Assembly (NCBI RefSeq): GCF_052425735.1
Contig: NC_135763.1
Location: 26,102,001-26,166,000 of the forward strand
From: Oculina patagonica
Lineage: Eukaryota
Direction of reading: 5' to 3'
Length of the DNA: 64,000 nucleotides
Within the stretch, counting starts at the first letter, position 1; each line of letters opens with the position of its first letter. Both the position numbers and the translations under genes were made by a program. This document shows positions 49,374-59,965 of the stretch, piece by piece. The notes under the pieces were generated by a model. That model was not told where the DNA came from. It worked only from the letters and a program-made list of their open reading frames with translations, and did not search any database.

Positions 49374-50944
49374 AACAGCCAACTTATACAGCCCGTTGCG
49401 ATGATATATTTGTGTGGCCTAAGACACGTGGAAAAAGAATAAAAGTGATTTATGCAAGCATTGTTTCTGAATAATAAGATTCAACTATTATCATTTAAGT
49501 GCGACTTTCTAGAATTATCAACCAGACAGCGGAACAAATAGAATAGACCATTTCGCTCATATTGTTCCCATAGATAGGTCCTGGTGAGAGACCAAACGGA
49601 CCGTAGTTAGTTTTTCCTAATACAGCTTCCTTTCGAAGAAATATGTCAGAATAGATTTCGCCCCAATTGGGCTCAAAAACCACTTCCGGTTTGACTGATT
49701 TTTTTGAAAGTTTGATCGCCTCGCGCGTTTTACTGCAGCTGTTTATTGATAATTTAATAATATTTATAATGTGATTAATGTGATTATTGTATGACTGAGC
49801 GAAAAATAAAACAAATCAAGATTAATTTTTAGCCTGAAACGGGGATAAATCCAAAGGCAAAATTTGCAAATGAGTAGCGAGCGAAATTATGCAGTAAAAC
49901 TCTGTCGTTTCTTTTTTATGTGCGATAACTTAAAATATCGTAAAAACAATTATTATGGGTTAACTAGACACTTATCTAATAGGATATCCAATAAAATATC
50001 TGGAGAAAAGGTTTTTAGTGGCCCGCTTTGGCCTTAGTTTATCACTAATTTTGCCGACAATCTGCCGTTTTTGAGTGACAGCAATTGCGTGACACAAGTA
50101 GTAAACAGCGAATGAAATTATCGTTTTCAATGCATGTTTGACGCTCTTGTGAGAATTTCGTCAAACAACCCATTCAAATAAACAGGTCATATGGTGAACT
50201 TTTCAAAAAGGTAAAGGCAATATTAGATTTTTCCCTTCGCCATTTCTGGAACCTTTGCGTGATCTCTACACGCTCTTGATCACAGCATGCTACAATAGAT
50301 GGTTCAGTTCTGTGTTAATAGTTGATTTAAGCTGTTGAGCATTCGATCATCCACAAAAACCGGTCGTATAAAGGAAAGCATACTCAGTTCAATTATTTTA
50401 CGTAATAACGAGTAAATATTGTTTGGTTTATTTCTTTGCGTGATCTGATGGAAACAGTGCAACAATTAAATTATAAGTATTTGTCAAGTGTGATGATGTT
50501 GTCGTTGTTGTTTGTTGATGTGTTGTTGTTTCCTTTTTGTCTCAAATTGCCGGTATTTTTCCCAATTCATGTCCTTTTAAGGAGAAAAATATAAAGCATA
50601 AGAAATAATTGGGAGAATTGTATACGGTCAATAGATATCAACATTGAAGGTAATACTGAGGATTTTAAACAATTTTATGGTGGAAGACAGATAAAACATA
50701 GCATTGCCTTTCTAAGTTATGTTCAAAATTCTATGTATTTTGAGCCCGAATAGTACGTTTCAAGGAACTGAAGCTTCGAATATGATTAGCGCCAGATTTT
50801 ATTTCCATCAGTCCTGAATCCAGTTTCTTTGCGACCTGCAAATTGTATAATTTTAAAAGTTGTTTTTATTTTGATAGCAAGTCCTTATCCAATTCCACAC
50901 TTCGATCGGTAAACACGACTCTTCGCTTTTTGCGGATAAAAAAA

Positions 50945-51444
50945 NNNNNNNNNNNNNNNNNNNNNNNNNNNNNNNNNNNNNNNNNNNNNNNNNNNNNNNN
51001 NNNNNNNNNNNNNNNNNNNNNNNNNNNNNNNNNNNNNNNNNNNNNNNNNNNNNNNNNNNNNNNNNNNNNNNNNNNNNNNNNNNNNNNNNNNNNNNNNNNN
51101 NNNNNNNNNNNNNNNNNNNNNNNNNNNNNNNNNNNNNNNNNNNNNNNNNNNNNNNNNNNNNNNNNNNNNNNNNNNNNNNNNNNNNNNNNNNNNNNNNNNN
51201 NNNNNNNNNNNNNNNNNNNNNNNNNNNNNNNNNNNNNNNNNNNNNNNNNNNNNNNNNNNNNNNNNNNNNNNNNNNNNNNNNNNNNNNNNNNNNNNNNNNN
51301 NNNNNNNNNNNNNNNNNNNNNNNNNNNNNNNNNNNNNNNNNNNNNNNNNNNNNNNNNNNNNNNNNNNNNNNNNNNNNNNNNNNNNNNNNNNNNNNNNNNN
51401 NNNNNNNNNNNNNNNNNNNNNNNNNNNNNNNNNNNNNNNNNNNN
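50945..51444. other. Assembly gap (500 N)
   Basis: Run of N. Confidence 1.
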
Positions 51445-52119
51445 ACCTGAAAACAAAATTTATTAGAATATTTTTCCCAATAAATATAACAGTATTTCGG
51501 GGAATTGCAGCACCGTTCGTCAACAAACAGTAGGATTGTCGAAGACCATTTAAAGTTCAAAAATAATCACAAAACGAAAAACTCACAGGGACACTATTCA
51601 ATCAAATCGGGATTCATAATACTAAATCGGATATTAAATGCAAAAGACACGTTAAAAGAAAGTAAAATATGCAAGTAGTCAGCAAGGCGTTTTTCGATCG
51701 AGCTTATGAAAATTATTTATACCTTAACACCAAGGATTCAACGCACCGATTAGCGCGCACTCACTGTCATTATATATTATCAGCCCCTTATTCTTCCATC
51801 GAAACTTGTGATTGTTTTTAAGGCGAGCATTCTCCTCTGGCCAATGTATCCTATGTATATAAAAATGGCTAAAGAGTGTCTTTAGCTACGTTAACATTTC
51901 AAGCAACCGTTTGGGGGCATCGAACAGTAACTGCAACTGGAATAATTTAATTAAAAAAAACCGCAACCTGTCTGTACGTTTTATGGTGCCTTAGTTCAGG
52001 AAGTATTTATGGTTTGAATTTCGCAAGGTTTAAATCTCTGCGTTTGTAGAATTTTGATCATATTTCAGTGTCAGTCAATTAAGACATTGTAGTGCCTTTG
52101 TATATCTATTCACTTTTTT

Positions 52120-52370
52120 ACTTACTTACTCGCTTCCTTAATCCTCTTCGTTCCTAAGTGGAACAAAGGTCCTCGACTAGCGCCCGCCACCGAACCCTAT
52201 TTTGTGCAGTATCCTTTCCCTAACTCAATATAAGGTGTTTCGCCTCCAACTCTGCCATTCTCGTGCGTCTCCAGGTGTGTTGGGGTCTCCCTCTCTTTCA
52301 CTTGCCCTGTGTGGGTTCCACTCTGGTACCTTGTTGATACATGTTCGACTGGTCTCCTCAGCGTTACGTT
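52120..52370 (-). mobile_element. RTE-like LINE 3' end (tandem-unit copy)
   Basis: Encodes NRVRWRALVEDLCST with a (TAAG)n tail. Confidence 0.7.
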
Positions 52371-54096
52371 TTAAAAACTATAATAAAATACTTTTAGAAT
52401 GTACTACTTTTGTATCGTTTGCTATTTAAATCATTAAACCTTACTGAGGTTTTAAACGATCGCATTTTGTCTCATCGGAAGTCATTTTTCGTTAAAGGCG
52501 TTTTAAATTCCTTGGTGACAAATGAAAACTTGCTTCGTCATCCACTCTTCCTAGTCTTTGTTGCCTTTTGCTTAAAATGACAAACTCTCAGAGTAATTTT
52601 TATGCTCAATTTTTCCTTTGATAAATATTAAGAAGCCCACCCTTGATAAATACAACTACTAGATATGTGCTGTTTCCCAAAACGTCAAAAATTGCGTTGA
52701 CGTGCACGTGAAAAGATCTCAAAATTGGGTATCACGAAAAACTAAAAGCTCAAATCGTGTTTCACCGGGAAAATAAATAGCGCCAGTCACGCTCTACATA
52801 AAAAGTAAAGGGACCCTCTTATAACATAAACCTATTTTATTCAGCTGAAACGCTTTGTTTTATTCTGCAAAAAGCAAACTGTTAAGTCGTTGTATTTAAA
52901 TTCGCTCAGGTTGGGACAAACAATTCAATTATTTCCTCTTACACGTTTCACTGAATTAATTGAATGTCTTTTTATCCCACAAACATTTTGCTGGTTATTC
53001 ATTTATACTAAGGCATTTGATGAAAAAGGCAGGTGAAGGACAACCTTTAGACCACAGAGGAAAGACGATTTATATTTTGCTAAAAAGATCCCTGCACCAA
53101 GAGATACCTAGGCAACAATCACAGCCCTTGCCTATTTTGTATAGTGTTCGCGAAGATATCGCTAAGTACGGTAATTTAGTCACTCAAATATGACCAATCA
53201 TTGCATGCCGTGTTTTGATCATCACTAAACATGCCAATAATACTTTGTTACAACTGACATAGATATTCGCACGAAAGGTACTGAACGAGGTGAGTGAGCA
53301 CGAAGTGGTGTTGTTTTTCACTGTATAGCACGATTTTAATTTTTTTTCTACATTATTTTTTTGCAGAATCGCTTTGGATTTAAGCCGCAAAGGTATGGAT
53401 TTCCCTATTTCTAAATGTTTAAGAACAAAAACCTGAAAACAAAATTTATTAGAATATGCTTCCCAATGAAGATTTTGGGGAATTGCAGCACCGTTCGTCA
53501 ACAAACAGTAGGATTGTCGAAGACCATTTAAAGTTCAAAAATAATCACAAAACGGAAAACTCACAGGGACACTATTCAATCAAATCCGGATTTATAATAC
53601 TAAATCGGTTATTAAATGCAAGAGACATGTTAAAAGAAAGTAAAATATGCAAATAGTCAGCAAGGCGTTTTTCGATCGAGCTTATGAAAATTATTTATAC
53701 CTTAACACCAATGATTCAATGCACCGTTTAGCGCGCACTCACTGTCATTATATATTATCAGCCCCTTATTCTTCCATCGAAACTTGTGATTGTTTTTAAG
53801 GCGAGTATTCTCCTCTGGCCAATGTATCCTACGTGTATAAAAATGGCTAAAGAGTGTCTTTAGCTACGTTAACATTTCAAGCAACCGTCTGGGGCATCGA
53901 AGAGTAACTGCAACTGGCATTATTTAATTAAAGAAAACCGCAAGCTTTCTGTATGTTTTGTTTTGCCTCAGTTCAGGAAGTATTTATTGTTTGAATTTCG
54001 CAAGGTTTAAATCTCTGCGTTTTTAGAATTTTGATCACATTTCAGTGTCAGTCAATTAAGACATTGTAGTGCCTTTTGTATATCTATCCATTTTTT

Positions 54097-54350
54097 TACT
54101 TACTTACTCGCTTACTTAATCCTCTTCGTTCCTAAGTGGAACAAAGGTCCTCGACTAGCGCCCGCCACCGAACCCTATTTTGTGCAGTATTCTTTGCCTC
54201 ATTCCATATAAGGTGTTTCGCATCCAACTCTGCCATTCTCGTGCGTCTCCAGGTGTGTTGGGGTCTCCCTCTCTTTCACTTGCCCTTTGTGGGTTCCACT
54301 CTAGTACCTTGTGACTACATGTCTGTCTGATCTCCTCAGCGGTACGTTTC
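54097..54350 (-). mobile_element. RTE-like LINE 3' end (tandem-unit copy)
   Basis: VLEWNPQ...RPQHTWRR...NRVRWRALVEDLCST across frameshifts; (TAAG)n tail. Confidence 0.72.
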
Positions 54351-56123
54351 AAAAGCTATAAAAAAAATGCTTCTAGAATGTGCTATTTTTGTATCGTTTT
54401 CCATTTAAATCATTCGATCCAACCTCACTGAGGTTTTAAACGATCGCATTTTGTTTTATCGAAAAACATGTTCCGTTAAAGACGTTTTAAATTCCTAGGT
54501 AACAAATGAAAACTTGCTTCGTCATCCACTCTTGCTAGTCTTTGTTGCCTGTTGCTTAAAATGGCAAACTCTCGCAGTAATTTTTATGCTTAATTTTTCC
54601 TCTGATAAATATTAAGAAGCCCACCCATGATAAATACAACTACTAGATATGTGCTGTTTCCCAACCCTGCATGGAGCCAGCAAGTCTGGAGAGATATGAT
54701 ATGAGTTTCAAACAACACTTCGATACAATTTTCAGCTGTCAATTTCCCGTCATATTTCGCATACAGTTCTTCACAGATACCGAACTTACATTGAAAATAT
54801 TGGCTTCACGGAAGAGTGACGTTAACAAAGGAAAACCTTTAGACGATGACTCCAGTTCATTAAACCATTTTTGTAATTTAATTGTACATATTCCATTCTT
54901 CTAAAATCGAAAATGGCTTCCTTTTTACCGCAACCTTTTAAACTTTCTATTCTTGTATAAAGAGGGGCCTCTTTTCCCCTTTGCAAATCAAATCACGTGA
55001 AAAAATACTTGGCCTTTTCACGCGTCACGAATGATATCCACAATATTTTTGCGTTCACACAAAAATCAAGCGATCCCTGTTTAGTCTGTTATACGCTCGG
55101 AAGGAGTAAAACCGTATAATTTAATGTCTGCGTTGAACGTCATGTCTGTTGAGATCATGCAAGCGACAAAATAGCTGACATTAATTTTTATCTGTTCAAA
55201 ACCCAGCCACAGAGCTTTAAAACTAAAAGAGTATTTACTAGAACACTGAAAATTAATTCTCGCAAAGCAAGATGATTCAGGAATCGCGTCCAATTCAACT
55301 CTTCGTTCACCACACGGATCACGTTTAAGTCAAAATTGCGTTGGCGTGCACGTGAAAAGATCTCAAAATTGGGTATCACGAAAAACTAAAAGCTCAAATC
55401 ATGTTTCACCGGGAAAATAAATAGCGCCAGTAGTAGTAAAAGGCGTTACTGAAGGGTGCACTTAATATTCAAAATGGTGGCCAATCTCAACGAATATAAA
55501 ATAATAGTAAAAAAAAGGATGGGGGAATATAAAAAAATGCGTAATGTCACGAAGAAATACAAGGGGATGTGTAAAGGTACAAAAAAAATCTGGACGCGAA
55601 CAGGAATAGCAGGTTTAAGACATGTAACGTGATAGAAGCCCCCATAGGTTTGAACAGGTAAAAGCCTCTGAACCGTATGATTTGTGATGTCGTAGCCAGA
55701 AACCATCAACACTATACAAGTTGCCATAATGGCTGTTGCCTGTGACGTCATATGATGTCATGTGACGTCATTAGAGCCGCCATCTTGGATTTCACCAACC
55801 TCGTTCCCAGGTCCTCTCTTCATTTCTTCGGAGGAAAATAGCGGAAATTGGCACAAAATCAAACCAGAACGCTTATAGAAAGTAAAATAAAAACAAATTG
55901 TATCATTGTTGCTTTAAAGAACTGGAAAAATAATGAAATATGTCAAAAAAGAGAAAGGATGAATAAAAAAGCTGAGAGCAAACAGTTCAATGTTCACAGC
56001 ATTTATTTAACAGATAGGATGGTTGCATTATTACAATTAAGGTCTAAAAAGTAGAATCGATTGGCTTTTAACTCATAAATACAAGTATCTTGAGGTAACA
56101 ATGCCGGTTTTTCTCAGATTGCC

Positions 56124-56465
56124 TCATCTTGATCTTTCGTGAGCCATCTCTATCAATGTAGCCAATGGAATTCTTGAGAATATGGTTGCCAGGGTGCTGT
56201 TCTTGGCAAGACTGCCTAAGCTTTTCTTCTTTGTGATCTTTTCTTTCTTTCTTTTGAGTGTTGATTGAGCCTTTCTAGCTTTTAACTTGGTGTTTCTTCT
56301 AGTAGTTGTATCAGTCTGAACCGTTTTTCCAAGAAGTACAGGGATTTTGCCAGCGCTTGGTATGCTTTCAATCACGTGTTCTCTGTTGTCGTCACCTTTT
56401 CCCAAGTTGGGGATATCGGGTGAGGATGCCGTTGAAGATACGCTTTCTGCCTTTACTCTTTCCAT
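56124..56465 (-). CDS. Basic Lys/Arg-rich protein (113 aa), left-arm copy
   Basis: ATG ORF MERVKAES...KLKARKAQSTLKRKKEKITKKK...; TATAAA ~45 nt upstream; AATAAA downstream; no recognised domain. Confidence 0.45.
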   Translation of the reverse strand: MERVKAESVSSTASSPDIPNLGKGDDNREHVIESIPSAGKIPVLLGKTVQTDTTTRRNTKLKARKAQSTLKRKKEKITKKKSLGSLAKNSTLATIFSRIPLATLIEMAHERSR

Positions 56466-56664
56466 CGCTGAGATGCAAGTAATGCCATATGTCAATTTTC
56501 GGTAGATTTTATATCCACTTTATGGTTAATTTCCCTTACAAATGAGCATGAGTAACTCGGTAAAAATAACGTTGCTCAAAATGAGTCACTCACATCTATA
56601 AGTGAGATCGCAACAAACCAACGTGCTCATTTTAAGACGGACGATTGACGAGTGTGCTTAGCGC

Positions 56665-57336
56665 ATGGGTTATTTTTGTCAATTTTGTCACAAATCATTT
56701 AGTCGAAGTTACAACAGAAATCGCCACGAGAAGAAAGGTTGCTTGAAACGCTTTGAGGAAAACACTAATCAGAATTCAATGGGTAAAGATTCGCCAGACG
56801 TTTTTGATGATGTGGAGACAGAGGAAGAAGAATATGACCACAACGAAGACGAACAAGAAGAGGATGATGAAGATGTGAAAGAGGATGATGGTGATGATGA
56901 TGAATCCAGCATTGAAAGTGACGAAGAAAATGACGAAAGACCTTGGAAAAAGCTGCGTCTAGAAGTTATAGATGATCTGAGTTCAAATTATGATGAACAA
57001 GTAGAACGATACCAGGAAGAGGGGTCGTCTAAAAACGTGGCCGAGGCCAAGGCCTCTAATTTTCTATTACCTTCATATAGAAAAAAGTTACGAGGCTTGT
57101 ATTTGCATTATCTAAAGTGGATTCGTTATCTCAAATCTGATCATATACACAAAGAGGTCATGGCAACTCTACGTCGCTACATGGACGACGATGACATGGA
57201 TTTTGAGGAAGCCGCAGAAGCAGCTGTGAATAAACGGAAGTTTTTATTGAACAGAGTTTTTGAGCCAATAGAAGTACCGGACGAATCGCCCGACGAAGAG
57301 GCTGAAGACGTCAGGAGACATCCACTAGCAAAATGA
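56665..57336 (+). CDS. C2HC zinc finger + acidic tract + helical domain protein (223 aa), left-arm copy
   Basis: CQFCHKSFSRSYNRNRHEKKGC; D/E tract; C-terminal LKSDHIHKEVMATL..DMDFEEAAEAAVNKRKFLLNR; AATAAA ~57477. Confidence 0.8.
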   Translation: MGYFCQFCHKSFSRSYNRNRHEKKGCLKRFEENTNQNSMGKDSPDVFDDVETEEEEYDHNEDEQEEDDEDVKEDDGDDDESSIESDEENDERPWKKLRLEVIDDLSSNYDEQVERYQEEGSSKNVAEAKASNFLLPSYRKKLRGLYLHYLKWIRYLKSDHIHKEVMATLRRYMDDDDMDFEEAAEAAVNKRKFLLNRVFEPIEVPDESPDEEAEDVRRHPLAK

Positions 57337-57799
57337 TAGAAAAAAGGAACAAAAACCACTCCTGAAAGTTGACATGGGAAACACTGATATTTGCGAAAAG
57401 CACGCAAAATTAATTACGCAGGCTATAAGACAATGACGCTAGCTAAAGTGAAACGCGTTAATGTATTGTTCTGCAAAATAAATAAAGCAGTATTAATATG
57501 ATATTGTCGCTTGTGTGTCTACCATCAGTTTCTTGGCATTTGCGCTTGCCGTTTGCACAAAGTTAACTACTCCAAGTTACCCTTGAACTTATTTACAGTC
57601 ACCCTGAGCTACTCCAAGGAACTTGCGTTTTAACGCCCCTGTACCTAGTTTGCGAGTAACCAAGAGGGACAGATTAGTGCCAATCATTCGCATTGCTACT
57701 TACTGGTCAGCGGATACTACCAATCTACTTGGACCCAATACTCCTGTTGCAGAAGTTTATAGCACGGACATTTTGCAGCCACTTTTTTTAGCAACTTAA

Positions 57800-58290
57800 C
57801 TTGCTCACGAGTTACTCTGAGTTAGTCCCAACTTGCTCATGAGTTACCCTTTAGCTACTCCCAACTTACTCATGAGCTACTCTGAGCTATTCCCAACTTG
57901 CTCATGAGTTACTCTGAATTACTCCTAGCCAACTTGCTCATGAGCTACTAACTTTGAGTTACTCATTTTGAGTTACTCATTTTTGATTTGCTCATTTGCT
58001 CATTTGCTTATTTTGAGTTGCTCAGTTGCTCATTTGCTCATTTTGAGTTGCTCATTTGCTCATCTTGAGTTGCTCATTTGCTCATTTGAGTTGCTCATTT
58101 GCTCATTTTGAGTTGCTCAGTTGCTCAACTCAAAATGAGCAAATGAGCAACTAAAAATGAGCAAATGAGCAACTCAAAATAAGCAAATGAGCAAATGAGC
58201 AAATCAAAAATAACTCAAAATGAGTAACTCAAAGTTAGTAGCTCATGAGCAAGTTGGCTAGGAGTAATTCAGAGTAACTCATGAGCAAGT
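57800..58290. repeat. Central TTGCTCA/TTACTCA repeat tract with strand switch
   Basis: ttgctca units up to ~58125, then tgagcaa units; hairpin gctcattttgagttg-10 nt-caactcaaaatgagc at 58101-58140. Confidence 0.9.
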
Positions 58291-58752
58291 TAAGTTGCTA
58301 AAAAAAGTGGCTGCAAAATGTCCGTGCTATAAACTTCTGCAACAGGAGTATTGGGTCCAAGTAGATTGGTAGTATCCGCTGACCAGTAAGTAGCAATGCG
58401 AATGATTGGCACTAATCTGTCCCTCTTGGTTACTCGCAAACTAGGTACAGGGGCGTTAAAACGCAAGTTCCTTGGAGTAGCTCAGGGTGACTGTAAATAA
58501 GTTCAAGGGTAACTTGGAGTAGTTAACTTTGTGCAAACGGCAAGCGCAAATGCCAAGAAACTGATGGTAGACACACAAGCGACAATATCATATTAATACT
58601 GCTTTATTTATTTTGCAGAACAATACATTAACGCGTTTCACTTTAGCTAGCGTCATTGTCTTATAGCCTGCGTAATTAATTTTGCGTGCTTTTCGCAAAT
58701 ATCAGTGTTTCCCATGTCAACTTTCAGGAGTGGTTTTTGTTCCTTTTTTCTA

Positions 58753-59424
58753 TCATTTTGCTAGTGGATGTCTCCTGACGTCTTCAGCCTCTTCGTCGGG
58801 CGATTCGTCCGGTACTTCTATTGGCTCAAAAACTCTGTTCAATAAAAACTTCCGTTTATTCACAGCTGCTTCTGCGGCTTCCTCAAAATCCATGTCATCG
58901 TCGTCCATGTAGCGACGTAGAGTTGCCATGACCTCTTTGTGTATATGATCAGATTTGAGATAACGAATCCACTTTAGATAATGCAAATACAAGCCTCGTA
59001 ACTTTTTTCTATATGAAGGTAATAGAAAATTAGAGGCCTTGGCCTCGGCCACGTTTTTAGACGACCCCTCTTCCTGGTATCGTTCTACTTGTTCATCATA
59101 ATTTGAACTCAGATCATCTATAACTTCTAGACGCAGCTTTTTCCAAGGTCTTTCGTCATTTTCTTCGTCACTTTCAATGCTGGATTCATCATCATCACCA
59201 TCATCCTCTTTCACATCTTCATCATCCTCTTCTTGTTCGTCTTCGTTGTGGTCATATTCTTCTTCCTCTGTCTCCACATCATCAAAAACGTCTGGCGAAT
59301 CTTTACCCATTGAATTCTGATTAGTGTTTTCCTCAAAGCGTTTCAAGCAACCTTTCTTCTCGTGGCGATTTCTGTTGTAACTTCGACTAAATGATTTGTG
59401 ACAAAATTGACAAAAATAACCCAT
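58753..59424 (-). CDS. C2HC zinc finger + acidic tract + helical domain protein (223 aa), right-arm copy
   Basis: Translation identical to 56665-57336. Confidence 0.8.
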   Translation of the reverse strand: MGYFCQFCHKSFSRSYNRNRHEKKGCLKRFEENTNQNSMGKDSPDVFDDVETEEEEYDHNEDEQEEDDEDVKEDDGDDDESSIESDEENDERPWKKLRLEVIDDLSSNYDEQVERYQEEGSSKNVAEAKASNFLLPSYRKKLRGLYLHYLKWIRYLKSDHIHKEVMATLRRYMDDDDMDFEEAAEAAVNKRKFLLNRVFEPIEVPDESPDEEAEDVRRHPLAK

Positions 59425-59623
59425 GCGCTAAGCACACTCGTCAATCGTCCGTCTTAAAATGAGCACGTTGGTTTGTTGCGATCTCACTTATAGATGTGAG
59501 TGACTCATTTTGAGCAACGTTATTTTTACCGAGTTACTCATGCTCATTTGTAAGGGAAATTAACCATAAAGTGGATATAAAATCTACCGAAAATTGACAT
59601 ATGGCATTACTTGCATCTCAGCG

Positions 59624-59965
59624 ATGGAAAGAGTAAAGGCAGAAAGCGTATCTTCAACGGCATCCTCACCCGATATCCCCAACTTGGGAAAAGGTGACGA
59701 CAACAGAGAACACGTGATTGAAAGCATACCAAGCGCTGGCAAAATCCCTGTACTTCTTGGAAAAACGGTTCAGACTGATACAACTACTAGAAGAAACACC
59801 AAGTTAAAAGCTAGAAAGGCTCAATCAACACTCAAAAGAAAGAAAGAAAAGATCACAAAGAAGAAAAGCTTAGGCAGTCTTGCCAAGAACAGCACCCTGG
59901 CAACCATATTCTCAAGAATTCCATTGGCTACATTGATAGAGATGGCTCACGAAAGATCAAGATGA
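59624..59965 (+). CDS. Basic Lys/Arg-rich protein (113 aa), right-arm copy
   Basis: Translation identical to 56124-56465. Confidence 0.45.
   Translation: MERVKAESVSSTASSPDIPNLGKGDDNREHVIESIPSAGKIPVLLGKTVQTDTTTRRNTKLKARKAQSTLKRKKEKITKKKSLGSLAKNSTLATIFSRIPLATLIEMAHERSR

Larger units (their letters stand above)
37147..50943 (+). repeat. Segmental duplication copy B (probably begins further left; truncated by the gap)
   Basis: Collinear with 1-21653. Confidence 0.95.

Noticed and set aside
50843-51560. Long ORFs containing X runs
   Set aside because: Artefacts of the N gap
55446-55751. 101-aa hydrophobic ORF near the ends of element 2 (mirror 60338-60643)
   Set aside because: Low-complexity T-rich terminal DNA; duplication is explained by the palindrome; no motif
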